Sequence record: MW812341.1
DNA: 64,000 nt
Reading direction: 5' to 3' (one strand)
Part shown: piece after piece, positions 28,566 to 37,375 of the stretch
How positions within the stretch are numbered: position 1 is the stretch's first letter
Layout of the letters: the number at the start of each line of letters is the position of its first letter
Notes under the pieces: model-generated
What the model was told of the DNA's origin: nothing
The model's database searches: none
The model's input: the letters and a program-made list of their open reading frames with translations, nothing else
Position numbers and translations under genes: made by a program

Positions 28566-30255
28566 GATATTTCTCCGGTTCGTAAAGTGCGGCCTGGAAG
28601 ATGCGTTCTACTATTGCGTCTAAACGACGAGCACCCAGGTTGTTCTCCCGATTGGCTTCAATCGTCTGCTCGGCAATGTATGCGTAGGTGTCTTTGTCGT
28701 ACAACACCTTCACACCTTCTAAGGACAACAGTTTAATCATGCCGTGGAAGTCACTGCTGTCCAAACGACAGATAGCTTCAAGGGCGTCTTTATCCAGTGG
28801 CTCTAAGTTCGCCCTTAACGGGAAACGCCCTTGGAGTTCTGGAAGGAGTTTAGAAAGAGGCGCTTCAGCAAACGTCCCAGCAGCGACAAAAAGCACGTTG
28901 GTTGTATCGATGGCACCGTATAACCCTCCTTCGACCATTTTCAACAGACTACGTTGCACACCACTGCGGGATACCTGGGCATGATTCGCACGTTCAGATT
29001 CAACCAGCTTATCAAACTCGTCCAGGAACACCACAGCGAAGTTCTCAATGAAGTCACGCCCATTACAGTTGTCAACCTTCAGCAAATCCTTCTTGCTAAT
29101 GACGCCGGTTTTGTGGGAGAACTCTGGTTTCGCTTTCGGAATATCAAACGTCCAAAGTTTCTCATCAGCAAAACGGGTGAAGTCTTCAACTGACCAGAAC
29201 TCTTCCATCATCGCTTCGTATTCGAATGCAATTTGGAATATCCAGTGCAGCAGATGTCCGGTAGAGTCGCTATACTTCCAGAGAATCCCAGGCGGGATGT
29301 CCTGCTTCTCACCGTCGAGCGTATACGCTGCATCGTACCAATCACCGCCAGAGACACAGGCTGCAACTGGATTGCTGCCCATTAACTCCAGGCCACGCTC
29401 CATGTACATCTCGAGCGTGTTCGCCATCCCCATCAAGCCCATGACATCTGCCATGAATTCCGGCTTCTCCTCGATGGCCGATTCGAGATCCATGTCCTCC
29501 ATCGCATCTGCATCCAAGTCACGCATTCCGGTGATGTCTCTACCGAGCACACCTTCCAACAGACTAAGAACTTTACGCACAATGACCTGAACCGTCTGAC
29601 CGGGCATCAGTTCCAACGTTCGGATGTCGAAGTCGTCGTACGGAACACCTTGGATATTGGAATAACCCAGCAGCATGGCACGCAGATAGAAGATACGCTG
29701 AATCTGCGCGTATTCAGCATCGCCAGGTAAGATACCCATGCTTTGCAATTGCAGTGTGTGCTTTTGCTTAGCTTCACGAAGTGCACGACGCTCTGTGTCT
29801 TCTTCCTGCTTCTCCGCTTCGTACTCTTTACGTTGGAGAGCATCCCATTCTTGGCGAGTGTAACGCGCTTCGTCCTTTTTCACTTCCATCCCAGTACGCA
29901 GTTTCACATACCAGTCCGGTAATGAGGTTGCTCGTACCAGTTCTGACAAGTCTGCACCGATGGTGTTAACGTTGCGTCCAACGTAACCTGTCTCGGAGAA
30001 ACCCGTCATGTCCAGTTCGAGTACCGGTAAACCAAAGCGTTGACGTAGGACACGCATCAAAGCCGTCTTGCCCGAACCCGTCGGGCCAATTAGCAGAAGG
30101 TTCTGCTTCTTCACGCTGCCACGGTCACGTAAGCCTAGAGAGGCTACACGAAAGCGGTTACGTAAAGCAATCGCCAACATCTTCTTTGCCATGTGTTGCC
30201 CGTGGACAAACTGGTCAAAGACTTTGACGATTTCAACAGGAGTTAGATTGTCCAT
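28513..30255 (-). CDS. hslU: HslU (ClpY)-like AAA+ ATPase with enlarged insertion domain
   Basis: LTP.EIV..GQ..AK..LAIALRNR; Walker A GPTGSGKT; pore loop GYVG; Walker B VFLDEFDK; GVQR.LL..VEG; PELQGRFP; NLGARRL. Confidence 0.9.
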   Translation of the reverse strand: MDNLTPVEIVKVFDQFVHGQHMAKKMLAIALRNRFRVASLGLRDRGSVKKQNLLLIGPTGSGKTALMRVLRQRFGLPVLELDMTGFSETGYVGRNVNTIGADLSELVRATSLPDWYVKLRTGMEVKKDEARYTRQEWDALQRKEYEAEKQEEDTERRALREAKQKHTLQLQSMGILPGDAEYAQIQRIFYLRAMLLGYSNIQGVPYDDFDIRTLELMPGQTVQVIVRKVLSLLEGVLGRDITGMRDLDADAMEDMDLESAIEEKPEFMADVMGLMGMANTLEMYMERGLELMGSNPVAACVSGGDWYDAAYTLDGEKQDIPPGILWKYSDSTGHLLHWIFQIAFEYEAMMEEFWSVEDFTRFADEKLWTFDIPKAKPEFSHKTGVISKKDLLKVDNCNGRDFIENFAVVFLDEFDKLVESERANHAQVSRSGVQRSLLKMVEGGLYGAIDTTNVLFVAAGTFAEAPLSKLLPELQGRFPLRANLEPLDKDALEAICRLDSSDFHGMIKLLSLEGVKVLYDKDTYAYIAEQTIEANRENNLGARRLDAIVERIFQAALYEPEKYLEHGYDVTGATLRRISD

Positions 30256-30781
30256 AGCGCACCATCAGCATGTTTTGTTGGACGTCGGTCATACCCACGA
30301 CCCGACCGATTAGTTTATCGAACTCTTCACAGACGAGGGAGATGTAACACGCTCGTTCCCCTTGTGGGGTAGTGAAGTCCGCGAGTTCAACCTCAGGCAT
30401 TGTATCCAGCCCACCGACGACATACACGTTAATCCGCATCATGTCGAGACTTGCGACCAGTTCGTTCAAATCGTACGGTTCGAGGTTGCCTTGAAAAGAC
30501 CGAGAGAACTGCACCGCGTTACGACTGAATACACGGTCACAGATTTCCGCCGTTAGTTCTTTGCGTTCTTTCTCCGGTAAAGCTGGGAGAATATTACAAC
30601 GCAGTGCATCGGTCGACATCATGAAGTACAACTCACGCGGGGTAAGATTCATCGAATCAGCTAACGCGATGATATCATGATTCCCTGCATCGAAGTATTC
30701 TTCGACGGCTTTCTCGATGGGTGAGAAGTCAATCTTACGCTCCTTCACCCACAGCTGTTTAAAGCGTTTCCAGAAGTTCAT
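30233..30781 (-). CDS. Hypothetical protein
   Basis: 182-aa ORF coupled to both neighbours. Confidence 0.75.
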   Translation of the reverse strand: MNFWKRFKQLWVKERKIDFSPIEKAVEEYFDAGNHDIIALADSMNLTPRELYFMMSTDALRCNILPALPEKERKELTAEICDRVFSRNAVQFSRSFQGNLEPYDLNELVASLDMMRINVYVVGGLDTMPEVELADFTTPQGERACYISLVCEEFDKLIGRVVGMTDVQQNMLMVRYGQSNSC

Positions 30782-31416
30782 CAGTTCACCAGTTTATAGT
30801 CGTCACCTTCACCACGCTCACGAACTTTCATCCCCACGTCAAACTTACCGTGGTCGGCCATCAACTTAATGATGAGTTCTTCGCGCTCTACTGGCCATAC
30901 GGACATTGCCACATGGGTATCTTTCTCCAGCACGCCAGAGGCCATGAAGTTCTCAATGAGACGTTCATCTGCCGGACCTTCGAAATCCCAACGGTCATTT
31001 GGTGCACAGAAGAAAGCAAAGCCGATATAGTCTTCGGCAGAAATCTCTTCTGGTCGCGTATGGTCTACCAGGGTTTGGATATGCTCGTTGAAATCGCCGA
31101 GTGTGTAATCGTCAAGCGATAACAACGACGACTGTGCCTGCACACCTTCAGGACTGTTCGAGTAGTGGCACATCCACAGATTCCAATGACGTTCATCCTC
31201 AAAGAGGGTTTCAGCCAATGCTGCGCTCACGGTAACACGAACCTTCGTACCTACGGTGTACTGGAAACCACGCCCGCCGAACGGCTGTAAGCGGCGGTTA
31301 GACGCCCCGATAAAGGCAATGCGGTTTAACGCATTTTCTGCCACCATGTGTGACGTTTTAACAAGCGCTTGTTTCGGGTTGTACTTTTTGCTACGTGGTT
31401 TCTTAGACTTAGCCAT
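30781..31416 (-). CDS. Hypothetical protein, basic N-terminus (MAKSKKPRSKKYNPK)
   Basis: AAGGAG RBS; 211 aa. Confidence 0.8.
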   Translation of the reverse strand: MAKSKKPRSKKYNPKQALVKTSHMVAENALNRIAFIGASNRRLQPFGGRGFQYTVGTKVRVTVSAALAETLFEDERHWNLWMCHYSNSPEGVQAQSSLLSLDDYTLGDFNEHIQTLVDHTRPEEISAEDYIGFAFFCAPNDRWDFEGPADERLIENFMASGVLEKDTHVAMSVWPVEREELIIKLMADHGKFDVGMKVRERGEGDDYKLVN

Positions 31417-31442
31417 TCTTGATTCTCCTTTAGGGTATTCTA

Positions 31443-32057
31443 TTACTGAATTGGGAACTGGAACTGTTCGGACAGGGTGATGCGCAGTAACTGGCGGCTG
31501 TAGTTACGGTCGAGTGGTAGTGACTCGTGAATACAGGTAGAGTTGGTAAGGTACGCCTGATTGGCTAACATCATGCCGCTATCCAGTTTATCAAACTGGT
31601 CACGCAGATGTTCACAATCACCACCCTGTCCAGCAATACCTTCAACTTCACCTGCCCAGAATTGACAAGCAGAATAGTTGGACGCAATAAGCATCCCGCC
31701 ATTCGGATTACGGTAAGAACGAGTATGTTCTGCTTCGGTTAACATACGGCCAGGGACGCCGTTCAGCCAGCCACCACCGGTATCATCGTTCCAACCCATG
31801 GTTTCGTAGCAGCCGTCAACATGAGCACCACCACGGCGGTGTTTTTGGCCTTTCTCTACACGGGACTCATCAATGGTAATCCAGACATCCTGGTCACCAG
31901 GGATACCCGCTTTGGCAACCATGTCACGAACCATTGGGCGGTATTCCAGTGGCACGACATAGTGGGCGACAGACGCCATTACTTTCTTCATGTACATCTG
32001 TACGCCGCTGAATTTTGGGAACTCGACGGGTGCTAAAAGAGTCGCTGTAGATTGCAT
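31443..32057 (-). CDS. 2OG-Fe(II) oxygenase-like protein
   Basis: HRRGGAHVDG (HxD), distal IHES (His) and RQLLR (2OG-binding Arg). Confidence 0.65.
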   Translation of the reverse strand: MQSTATLLAPVEFPKFSGVQMYMKKVMASVAHYVVPLEYRPMVRDMVAKAGIPGDQDVWITIDESRVEKGQKHRRGGAHVDGCYETMGWNDDTGGGWLNGVPGRMLTEAEHTRSYRNPNGGMLIASNYSACQFWAGEVEGIAGQGGDCEHLRDQFDKLDSGMMLANQAYLTNSTCIHESLPLDRNYSRQLLRITLSEQFQFPIQ

Positions 32058-32080
32058 GGTAATGCTCCTGTTATGGTATA

Positions 32081-32106
32081 CATTAGATTGATAGCTGACG
32101 TAAAAA
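32081..32106 (-). promoter_or_regulatory. Class-2 motif TTTTTACG-N14-AATG
   Basis: Same spacing as other copies; upstream of 31443..32057. Confidence 0.5.
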
Positions 32107-32559
32107 TCACGAATGGGCTGACATGACTTTCGCCATCATCAACCAATACTCGCAAGCCACTTCGACGATATCATCATCTGGCCTACGATTCAGCTTAAAC
32201 GTCCACGCCGGGTAAGTAGCGGTGGGACGACTTTGGTGTTGTTGGTGTTGTAAAGTAAGGCTCATGCGTTTCCCTTCGGGGCCTGCCTGCCATACCTGCC
32301 AAATCACTTCCAACAGTTTAAGACCTTTCTCATTGACAACGAACGTTAAGTAATGCGGCTGCCGCGTTCGGGGTCGGCCTTTCTCAACACGAACTAATCC
32401 TTCGCACGACCATACGGTTGCAATATCAGATACTTCTTGCAACGCGATGATAACGTCTTTCAGTTTGCTTCGTGCCAAGTCGCCGTTGTCAATCATCAAC
32501 TGGGTACGTTCGCGAAACTGTGTTAAATCAGAATCACTCACAACGGAGTTCTGGAACAT
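32107..32559 (-). CDS. Hypothetical protein with I.T.WSCEG motif
   Basis: GAGGA RBS; 150 aa. Confidence 0.8.
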   Translation of the reverse strand: MFQNSVVSDSDLTQFRERTQLMIDNGDLARSKLKDVIIALQEVSDIATVWSCEGLVRVEKGRPRTRQPHYLTFVVNEKGLKLLEVIWQVWQAGPEGKRMSLTLQHQQHQSRPTATYPAWTFKLNRRPDDDIVEVACEYWLMMAKVMSAHS

Positions 32560-32574
32560 GAATTCTTCCTCTCG

Positions 32575-32616
32575 AAAAAATATAAAACTACGTCCTACCC
32601 GATTAAGGGTAGGACG
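32575..32616 (-). terminator. Intrinsic terminator
   Basis: CGTCCTACCC/GGGTAGGACG stem, T-rich tail on minus strand. Confidence 0.7.
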
Positions 32617-32635
32617 AGTCCGGCAAGAGTAGGTA

Positions 32636-32665
32636 CTCTCACTTAAATAATATCTATCTGAAAAG
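32636..32665 (-). promoter_or_regulatory. Putative early promoter
   Basis: Minus strand CTTTTCAGATAGATATTATTTAAGTGAGAG. Confidence 0.65.
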
Positions 32666-32667
32666 AA

Positions 32668-32952
32668 TTACGATAATGAATCGATTCGGATAGGCTGGCG
32701 GTTCTTACTGCCGAGTGGGACAGTCATGATACATTCACGACGATGGATAGTCACTGTTCTCCCTGGTGCTGGGATTAAGTTAAAGGCTTCTATCGGCATC
32801 AGGATATTGCGTCCGTCGATTATGTTAACAAGACGAACGTGGCGCGGCAGGATACGGTCAACGCGCATCTCAACAACACTACCTTTCTCTGCCCCCATCC
32901 CACGCATGAACCAATGGCGGTGAGCCAGATTAATGGGGCTTGGGTTCGACAT
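32668..32952 (-). CDS. Hypothetical protein (start MSNPSP)
   Basis: ORF overlapping the upstream stop. Confidence 0.6.
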   Translation of the reverse strand: MSNPSPINLAHRHWFMRGMGAEKGSVVEMRVDRILPRHVRLVNIIDGRNILMPIEAFNLIPAPGRTVTIHRRECIMTVPLGSKNRQPIRIDSLS

Positions 32953-33265
32953 GATGTTTAGTCGAAATAACGAAGCAGTTCGGCGACGTACACGTTGCAA
33001 TCGCCCACATCCACTTCTGGGTTTCTTTATCCTGCCAGGATGCTAACCATACGCCGTCTTTGATATCAGACACGTCCACTTCTGGGTGGAACAGCATGAA
33101 CTCATTGTCGTCATTATCCATGACAACGAACTGGCCTTCTTCCATACGGTCGAAGCGAGCCAGTCCAACGTCAACCTGTACCGGGCCAGTGTGCGGGTCG
33201 CCAGTTACGGTCGTTCCAAAGTCAACTACTTTCGGCAGGTCACGGTGAATAGCGCTAAGCCACAT
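32930..33265 (-). CDS. Hypothetical protein
   Basis: GAGGA RBS; 111 aa. Confidence 0.75.
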   Translation of the reverse strand: MWLSAIHRDLPKVVDFGTTVTGDPHTGPVQVDVGLARFDRMEEGQFVVMDNDDNEFMLFHPEVDVSDIKDGVWLASWQDKETQKWMWAIATCTSPNCFVISTKHHVEPKPH

Positions 33266-33325
33266 TCTTGTATTCCTCTAATTGATGGGGGTTTGTACAT
33301 ATAGATAACCCCATCTGTATTTAAA

Positions 33326-33360
33326 TAAAAAAAGAATCCCTCACCGTTAAGTGAGGGATT
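33326..33360 (-). terminator. Intrinsic terminator
   Basis: AATCCCTCAC/GTGAGGGATT stem plus T7 tract. Confidence 0.85.
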
Positions 33361-33363
33361 ATC

Positions 33364-33852
33364 TTAAAGCTGCGCCTCTTCCCGGTCATCAACCAGCACA
33401 CTGGTGATAACGTAGCGGGCCAGGCGGTTACGCGCTTCATCTTCCTGTTCGGCAGTAGGATTCGGATCAACCGGAGCACACAGAGTCAACTCTGCTTCTC
33501 TCAGCTGCATCGCATAATCTTCTACGGCTTCATCGAACGGGCCACGGATAGCAGCGATCTTATCGAGGATTTCCTCGTTCGGAACGATACCTTCGCGGAG
33601 AACCATGGCTGCATCAGATGGTTCGACCATCGTGAAGTTCAGCTCATTGAGCATCGCCACATTTGAAGCATTCGATACAATCAGTCCCGACAACAGTTTT
33701 TCGAAATCGTCAAGGCTAACCTCGTCTTTTTCATTGCCTGTCAGCAACGCGTAATAGCGCTTCATTAACAGGTTGGCATCAGCATTTTCTTCGCTACGAA
33801 CGTTAAGGTCGAAGTCATGTTGAGGCAACTGCTCGAAGTCAATAACTTCCAT
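33364..33852 (-). CDS. Highly acidic helical protein
   Basis: 36 D/E versus 13 K/R in 162 aa by my count; GAGGAAAGG RBS; own terminator. Confidence 0.85.
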   Translation of the reverse strand: MEVIDFEQLPQHDFDLNVRSEENADANLLMKRYYALLTGNEKDEVSLDDFEKLLSGLIVSNASNVAMLNELNFTMVEPSDAAMVLREGIVPNEEILDKIAAIRGPFDEAVEDYAMQLREAELTLCAPVDPNPTAEQEDEARNRLARYVITSVLVDDREEAQL

Positions 33853-33894
33853 CGCCTTTCCTCATCGTTTAAAGGTTCATAGAATAACCAAGAG

Positions 33895-34167
33895 TTAGGC
33901 GTTATGGATAACCAACTCTTTGCCTTCCTCGTTCAGCACTTTGCCATAAAGCACCTGGCTACCTTTGATACCATCACGATGTGAGGCTTTGGCCAGCAGC
34001 TTATCAAGCAGGCTGACGTGGCGACGGTTCGACATCTCTTTACCCGGATAGGCGATAAGGAGCTTATGCTCTTCGTCAATCACGCCATGGAACTTCTCCA
34101 TGTCATCGCCGGTTTCAACGGTGTACACAACTTCTTTAGAGCGGGATACAGAACGATTAATGGACAT
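33895..34167 (-). CDS. Hypothetical protein (start MSINRS)
   Basis: AAAGGAG RBS before 34167. Confidence 0.75.
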   Translation of the reverse strand: MSINRSVSRSKEVVYTVETGDDMEKFHGVIDEEHKLLIAYPGKEMSNRRHVSLLDKLLAKASHRDGIKGSQVLYGKVLNEEGKELVIHNA

Positions 34168-34168
34168 C

Positions 34169-34933
34169 TTATTCTCCTTTAGGGGCTGCTGAAATGATGT
34201 AAGCTTTGCTGTAGGTTTTGAAACCAAGAGTGGTCATGTATTCGGCTATTGGGCCGACAATACCACCTTCTTCGATTGGGTAATCGAAATACCCTTTCTT
34301 CGCCTTCGATACCAGATAGTTGAAACCATCCAGCAGTGGGAGGATATCCTGCGAACCAATCACATGGAATGTGTTCAGCGTGATGTGCTGCGGGTCGTTA
34401 TCAAAACGGTCGACAATCAACAGGCCATTACCGTGTTGGGATTTGTAACGGCAGATGAAAGAAGCACCACGGCCAACTGAGGACAGAGCGAATCGCATAC
34501 TTTCGCTTTCTTCTGCAATGCTGAAAAGACGTTTGGTCTCTTCCTCGTCTAGCACAACGTCTTCTTCAAAACCCACCGGACAGGTTGCTTCAAAGCCACC
34601 GTCTTTGGCCGTGCGGACACTGCGGTGATACATACCGAATTTGGCAGGCATCGGGTCATCTTCCTTAGACGTATAAAGGAAGACATGATCCACGCCCAGC
34701 GCTTCAGGCAGACCAACGAATGTCAGTGGGACATCACGAAGGAGATCTACATCGGTAAGCATTGCGGTATTATCTACTTTCCGCAGGTAGGCAAATGCCC
34801 CATCAGCCAACTCTACAACATGTTTGGACTCACCCACTTCTTCATCGAGTGGCAAGACACGCCAATTCAACAAACCACGTCCGAGTGGACGGTCGTACGT
34901 TCCGTCAAGAACAGACTGCGTAATGTCTTTCAT
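34169..34933 (-). CDS. Hypothetical protein, possible degenerate tandem GNAT fold
   Basis: Ends EYMTTLGFKTY (GNAT-like terminal LGF); size matches neighbours. Confidence 0.4.
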   Translation of the reverse strand: MKDITQSVLDGTYDRPLGRGLLNWRVLPLDEEVGESKHVVELADGAFAYLRKVDNTAMLTDVDLLRDVPLTFVGLPEALGVDHVFLYTSKEDDPMPAKFGMYHRSVRTAKDGGFEATCPVGFEEDVVLDEEETKRLFSIAEESESMRFALSSVGRGASFICRYKSQHGNGLLIVDRFDNDPQHITLNTFHVIGSQDILPLLDGFNYLVSKAKKGYFDYPIEEGGIVGPIAEYMTTLGFKTYSKAYIISAAPKGE

Positions 34934-35733
34934 TAATTCTCCTTTAGGGCACGATGGTGCAAATAGCTTTCAGGGACGAAGCTGTTCATAATCAGCCACG
35001 TTACCCGGTTGTTAGCTGCCTGTATCGTCGAAGAATACACGAGTGTATCTCCTTTCGGTAAGCAGGCCATCAAGCATTCGATAAAGCGGCCAAAGACCGC
35101 ATCGGATACCGGTACATTTCCAGACACACGAAGAATCTGTGGGTCAGACATCACCCAACGATTTTCACCACGACTCACAATTGCGGCAACCTGTTCGCCT
35201 TCCTCGGTAATCAGCAAAGAAAACATCCCGTTGGAATTGAGTACAGATTCAACCGCAGGGTCATCGCCGAGTGTGGTGCGAACGTAGATACGGAATTGTT
35301 CTTTATCGTGATACAGCGAAGCAACGTTTGCTGTGAAATGTTTATTGTCACGTCTACCTGGAATGATGGGGCGGGCGTAGTTAATAGACACTACAGGTAA
35401 CCCCATCTCAACATACTGGTCGTCGTACTCGCGGGAATATACAATAATCCGCGAACGGCCCAGATGTCGCAGCAACGGTTTGGTGATACTGGGGACGGGT
35501 ATCTCAGGATTAATGTTGTGTCCCATCAGTTCTACCATAAACCCACGGTCGAGTAACAGTAAGGCCATTGCCCTTACTTTCCCAATGAATACCCCCACAA
35601 GGCGAAAACGGTCGTCTTCATCATCGTGGCTGTAGCGGATTACCTTTTGCTGAAATTGTTCAATCCGATTCTCACGTAGCCAGTCACGGCATGCGAGTTG
35701 TTCGGTTTCCTCTACCAGGCGTATCTGTTGCAT
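34933..35733 (-). CDS. Hypothetical protein, possible degenerate tandem GNAT fold
   Basis: Two ~130-aa halves ending QYVEMGLPVV and WLIMNSFVP. Confidence 0.4.
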   Translation of the reverse strand: MQQIRLVEETEQLACRDWLRENRIEQFQQKVIRYSHDDEDDRFRLVGVFIGKVRAMALLLLDRGFMVELMGHNINPEIPVPSITKPLLRHLGRSRIIVYSREYDDQYVEMGLPVVSINYARPIIPGRRDNKHFTANVASLYHDKEQFRIYVRTTLGDDPAVESVLNSNGMFSLLITEEGEQVAAIVSRGENRWVMSDPQILRVSGNVPVSDAVFGRFIECLMACLPKGDTLVYSSTIQAANNRVTWLIMNSFVPESYLHHRALKEN

Positions 35734-35741
35734 TCAGCCTC

Positions 35742-36545
35742 CTAGGCGAAGGTATAATGGTGAGACCGCACCTCGTGTTCAATGCCTACGTATTCAGGAA
35801 TCTTGGCTTCTGCCGCTAACGCAATAGAGTAATGCTTGTTCTCTTTTGCACAACGGCCCAACATCCCACGGAAGTGTTCGAGGAACTCATCTGTGTATTC
35901 CGTGCTCCCAATTGGGTACACAGACACGAAGGCTTCACTGACTAACATCTCGGTACCCACTTCGCTGTAGAACATAGCGCTGGTTAAGATGTTCCCGGTG
36001 AAACGCATTTGAACACTTGTTGCCCCTGCGGCGGCACTGGACAGAACATCTTCTGCGCCTGCCAACTTTTTCTTGGCCAGTTCACACAAGGCTGCTATCT
36101 CTTCAAGCGAGCTATTGTCTTGCAGTTGGATGCCACAGGTTGGGAACGATACTGCGTCTGGGTCAGTGATGGTGAAGACAACACGCTTCGTCACAAATTT
36201 CAACCCCATCGATTCAAACTGCGAATGGCTATTGCCACCTTCTGCACCTGCAATCAGCTCCAGATAACTGACTTCCAGTTCACGCCGCAATGCATTCCAC
36301 TGCTTGAACGGTTGGTCAGCCAACGGGCTGAGTCCCTGGATATAAAAATGACGGCCATTACGTGTGCCGTTAAAGTACATCAACACACGGTCACTGTTCG
36401 AAAGAATCATGTAGTGTTCGGTGTGGTCACACAGCCCGCCTCTAAACTGCGAGAGGGCATTCCAGACTTTATCAATACGCGCCATCTTGCCGTTGAACTG
36501 CACAGCCATTTGGTCGTTATCAATTTGGTATTGAACCAGTTTCAT
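35742..36545 (-). CDS. Hypothetical protein, possible degenerate tandem GNAT fold
   Basis: First half ends QFESMGLKFV; ATGA-coupled to dam. Confidence 0.35.
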   Translation of the reverse strand: MKLVQYQIDNDQMAVQFNGKMARIDKVWNALSQFRGGLCDHTEHYMILSNSDRVLMYFNGTRNGRHFYIQGLSPLADQPFKQWNALRRELEVSYLELIAGAEGGNSHSQFESMGLKFVTKRVVFTITDPDAVSFPTCGIQLQDNSSLEEIAALCELAKKKLAGAEDVLSSAAAGATSVQMRFTGNILTSAMFYSEVGTEMLVSEAFVSVYPIGSTEYTDEFLEHFRGMLGRCAKENKHYSIALAAEAKIPEYVGIEHEVRSHHYTFA

Positions 36546-37366
36546 TTCAGAATCCCGATAAGTTCGTTAACCTTCCCACGCTTGTCAGCTTTTGCACCCA
36601 CGTAACGACCCACCACAACGATTTGCCAATCAAATCCGTAATAGATGTCTTTAGTCAACAACGTATCAGAATTCGACAACACAACCTTAGCACCCGCTTT
36701 GTGGACAGCCTTTAACTGTTTGGCTAAGACACGGTGTTGTTGTTGGCCGAAGGGGCTTTTATGGTATTGCGCGAAAGCTGCTGTTTTAGAGCGGGGAATG
36801 TATGGCGGGTCACAATAGACCACCGCATTCTTTGGTAAGTTTGTCAGGGCTTCGGTAAAGTCCTGGCACGTAATAATTACTTCGCACTCCGAACACTTCT
36901 TCCAGAATGCTTGAATCTCAGCACGCGGTAAATAAGGTGCAGACTCCGGTTTACCGTGTGGGACATTATAACCCCCACTTCCATTATAGCGACAAAGACC
37001 ATTATAGCCGTGACGGTTAAGGTAAATGAATAACGCAGCACGGTCGATACTGTCTTCGATAGTGATGTTCTTACGGTCATTGAATTTGGCCTTCAGTGTC
37101 GCGTAGGTGTCTTCATCGAATCCCATACCCCATAGCTCTTCACAAGCTTCAATAAGGTCGTCAGGAGCTTCTGAGGCCACTTTAAGCACCAGTACCAAGT
37201 CTGGATTAGAATCCGACAACCGATACTGCGCATAATCGGTATTCAAAAATACCGAACCACTACCCACGAAGGGTTCTACCAGGCAATCACCTTCGGGTAG
37301 GATTTTTTTAAGGGTCGGCAACACACGACTCTTCCCACCTACCCATTTTAAAATTGCACGTTGCAT
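36542..37366 (-). CDS. dam: DNA adenine methyltransferase (Dam, D12 class)
   Basis: LKWVGGK, EPFVGSGSV (SAM motif), YLNRHGYNGLCRYN, VYCDPPY (motif IV), VVLSNS. Confidence 0.95.
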   Translation of the reverse strand: MQRAILKWVGGKSRVLPTLKKILPEGDCLVEPFVGSGSVFLNTDYAQYRLSDSNPDLVLVLKVASEAPDDLIEACEELWGMGFDEDTYATLKAKFNDRKNITIEDSIDRAALFIYLNRHGYNGLCRYNGSGGYNVPHGKPESAPYLPRAEIQAFWKKCSECEVIITCQDFTEALTNLPKNAVVYCDPPYIPRSKTAAFAQYHKSPFGQQQHRVLAKQLKAVHKAGAKVVLSNSDTLLTKDIYYGFDWQIVVVGRYVGAKADKRGKVNELIGILK

Positions 37367-37375
37367 CCCTACCTC

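Noticed and set aside
33284-33315. Imperfect inverted repeat GATGGGG(G)TT..AACCCCATC
   Set aside because: Single occurrence, bulged, no U-tract; cannot assign a function.
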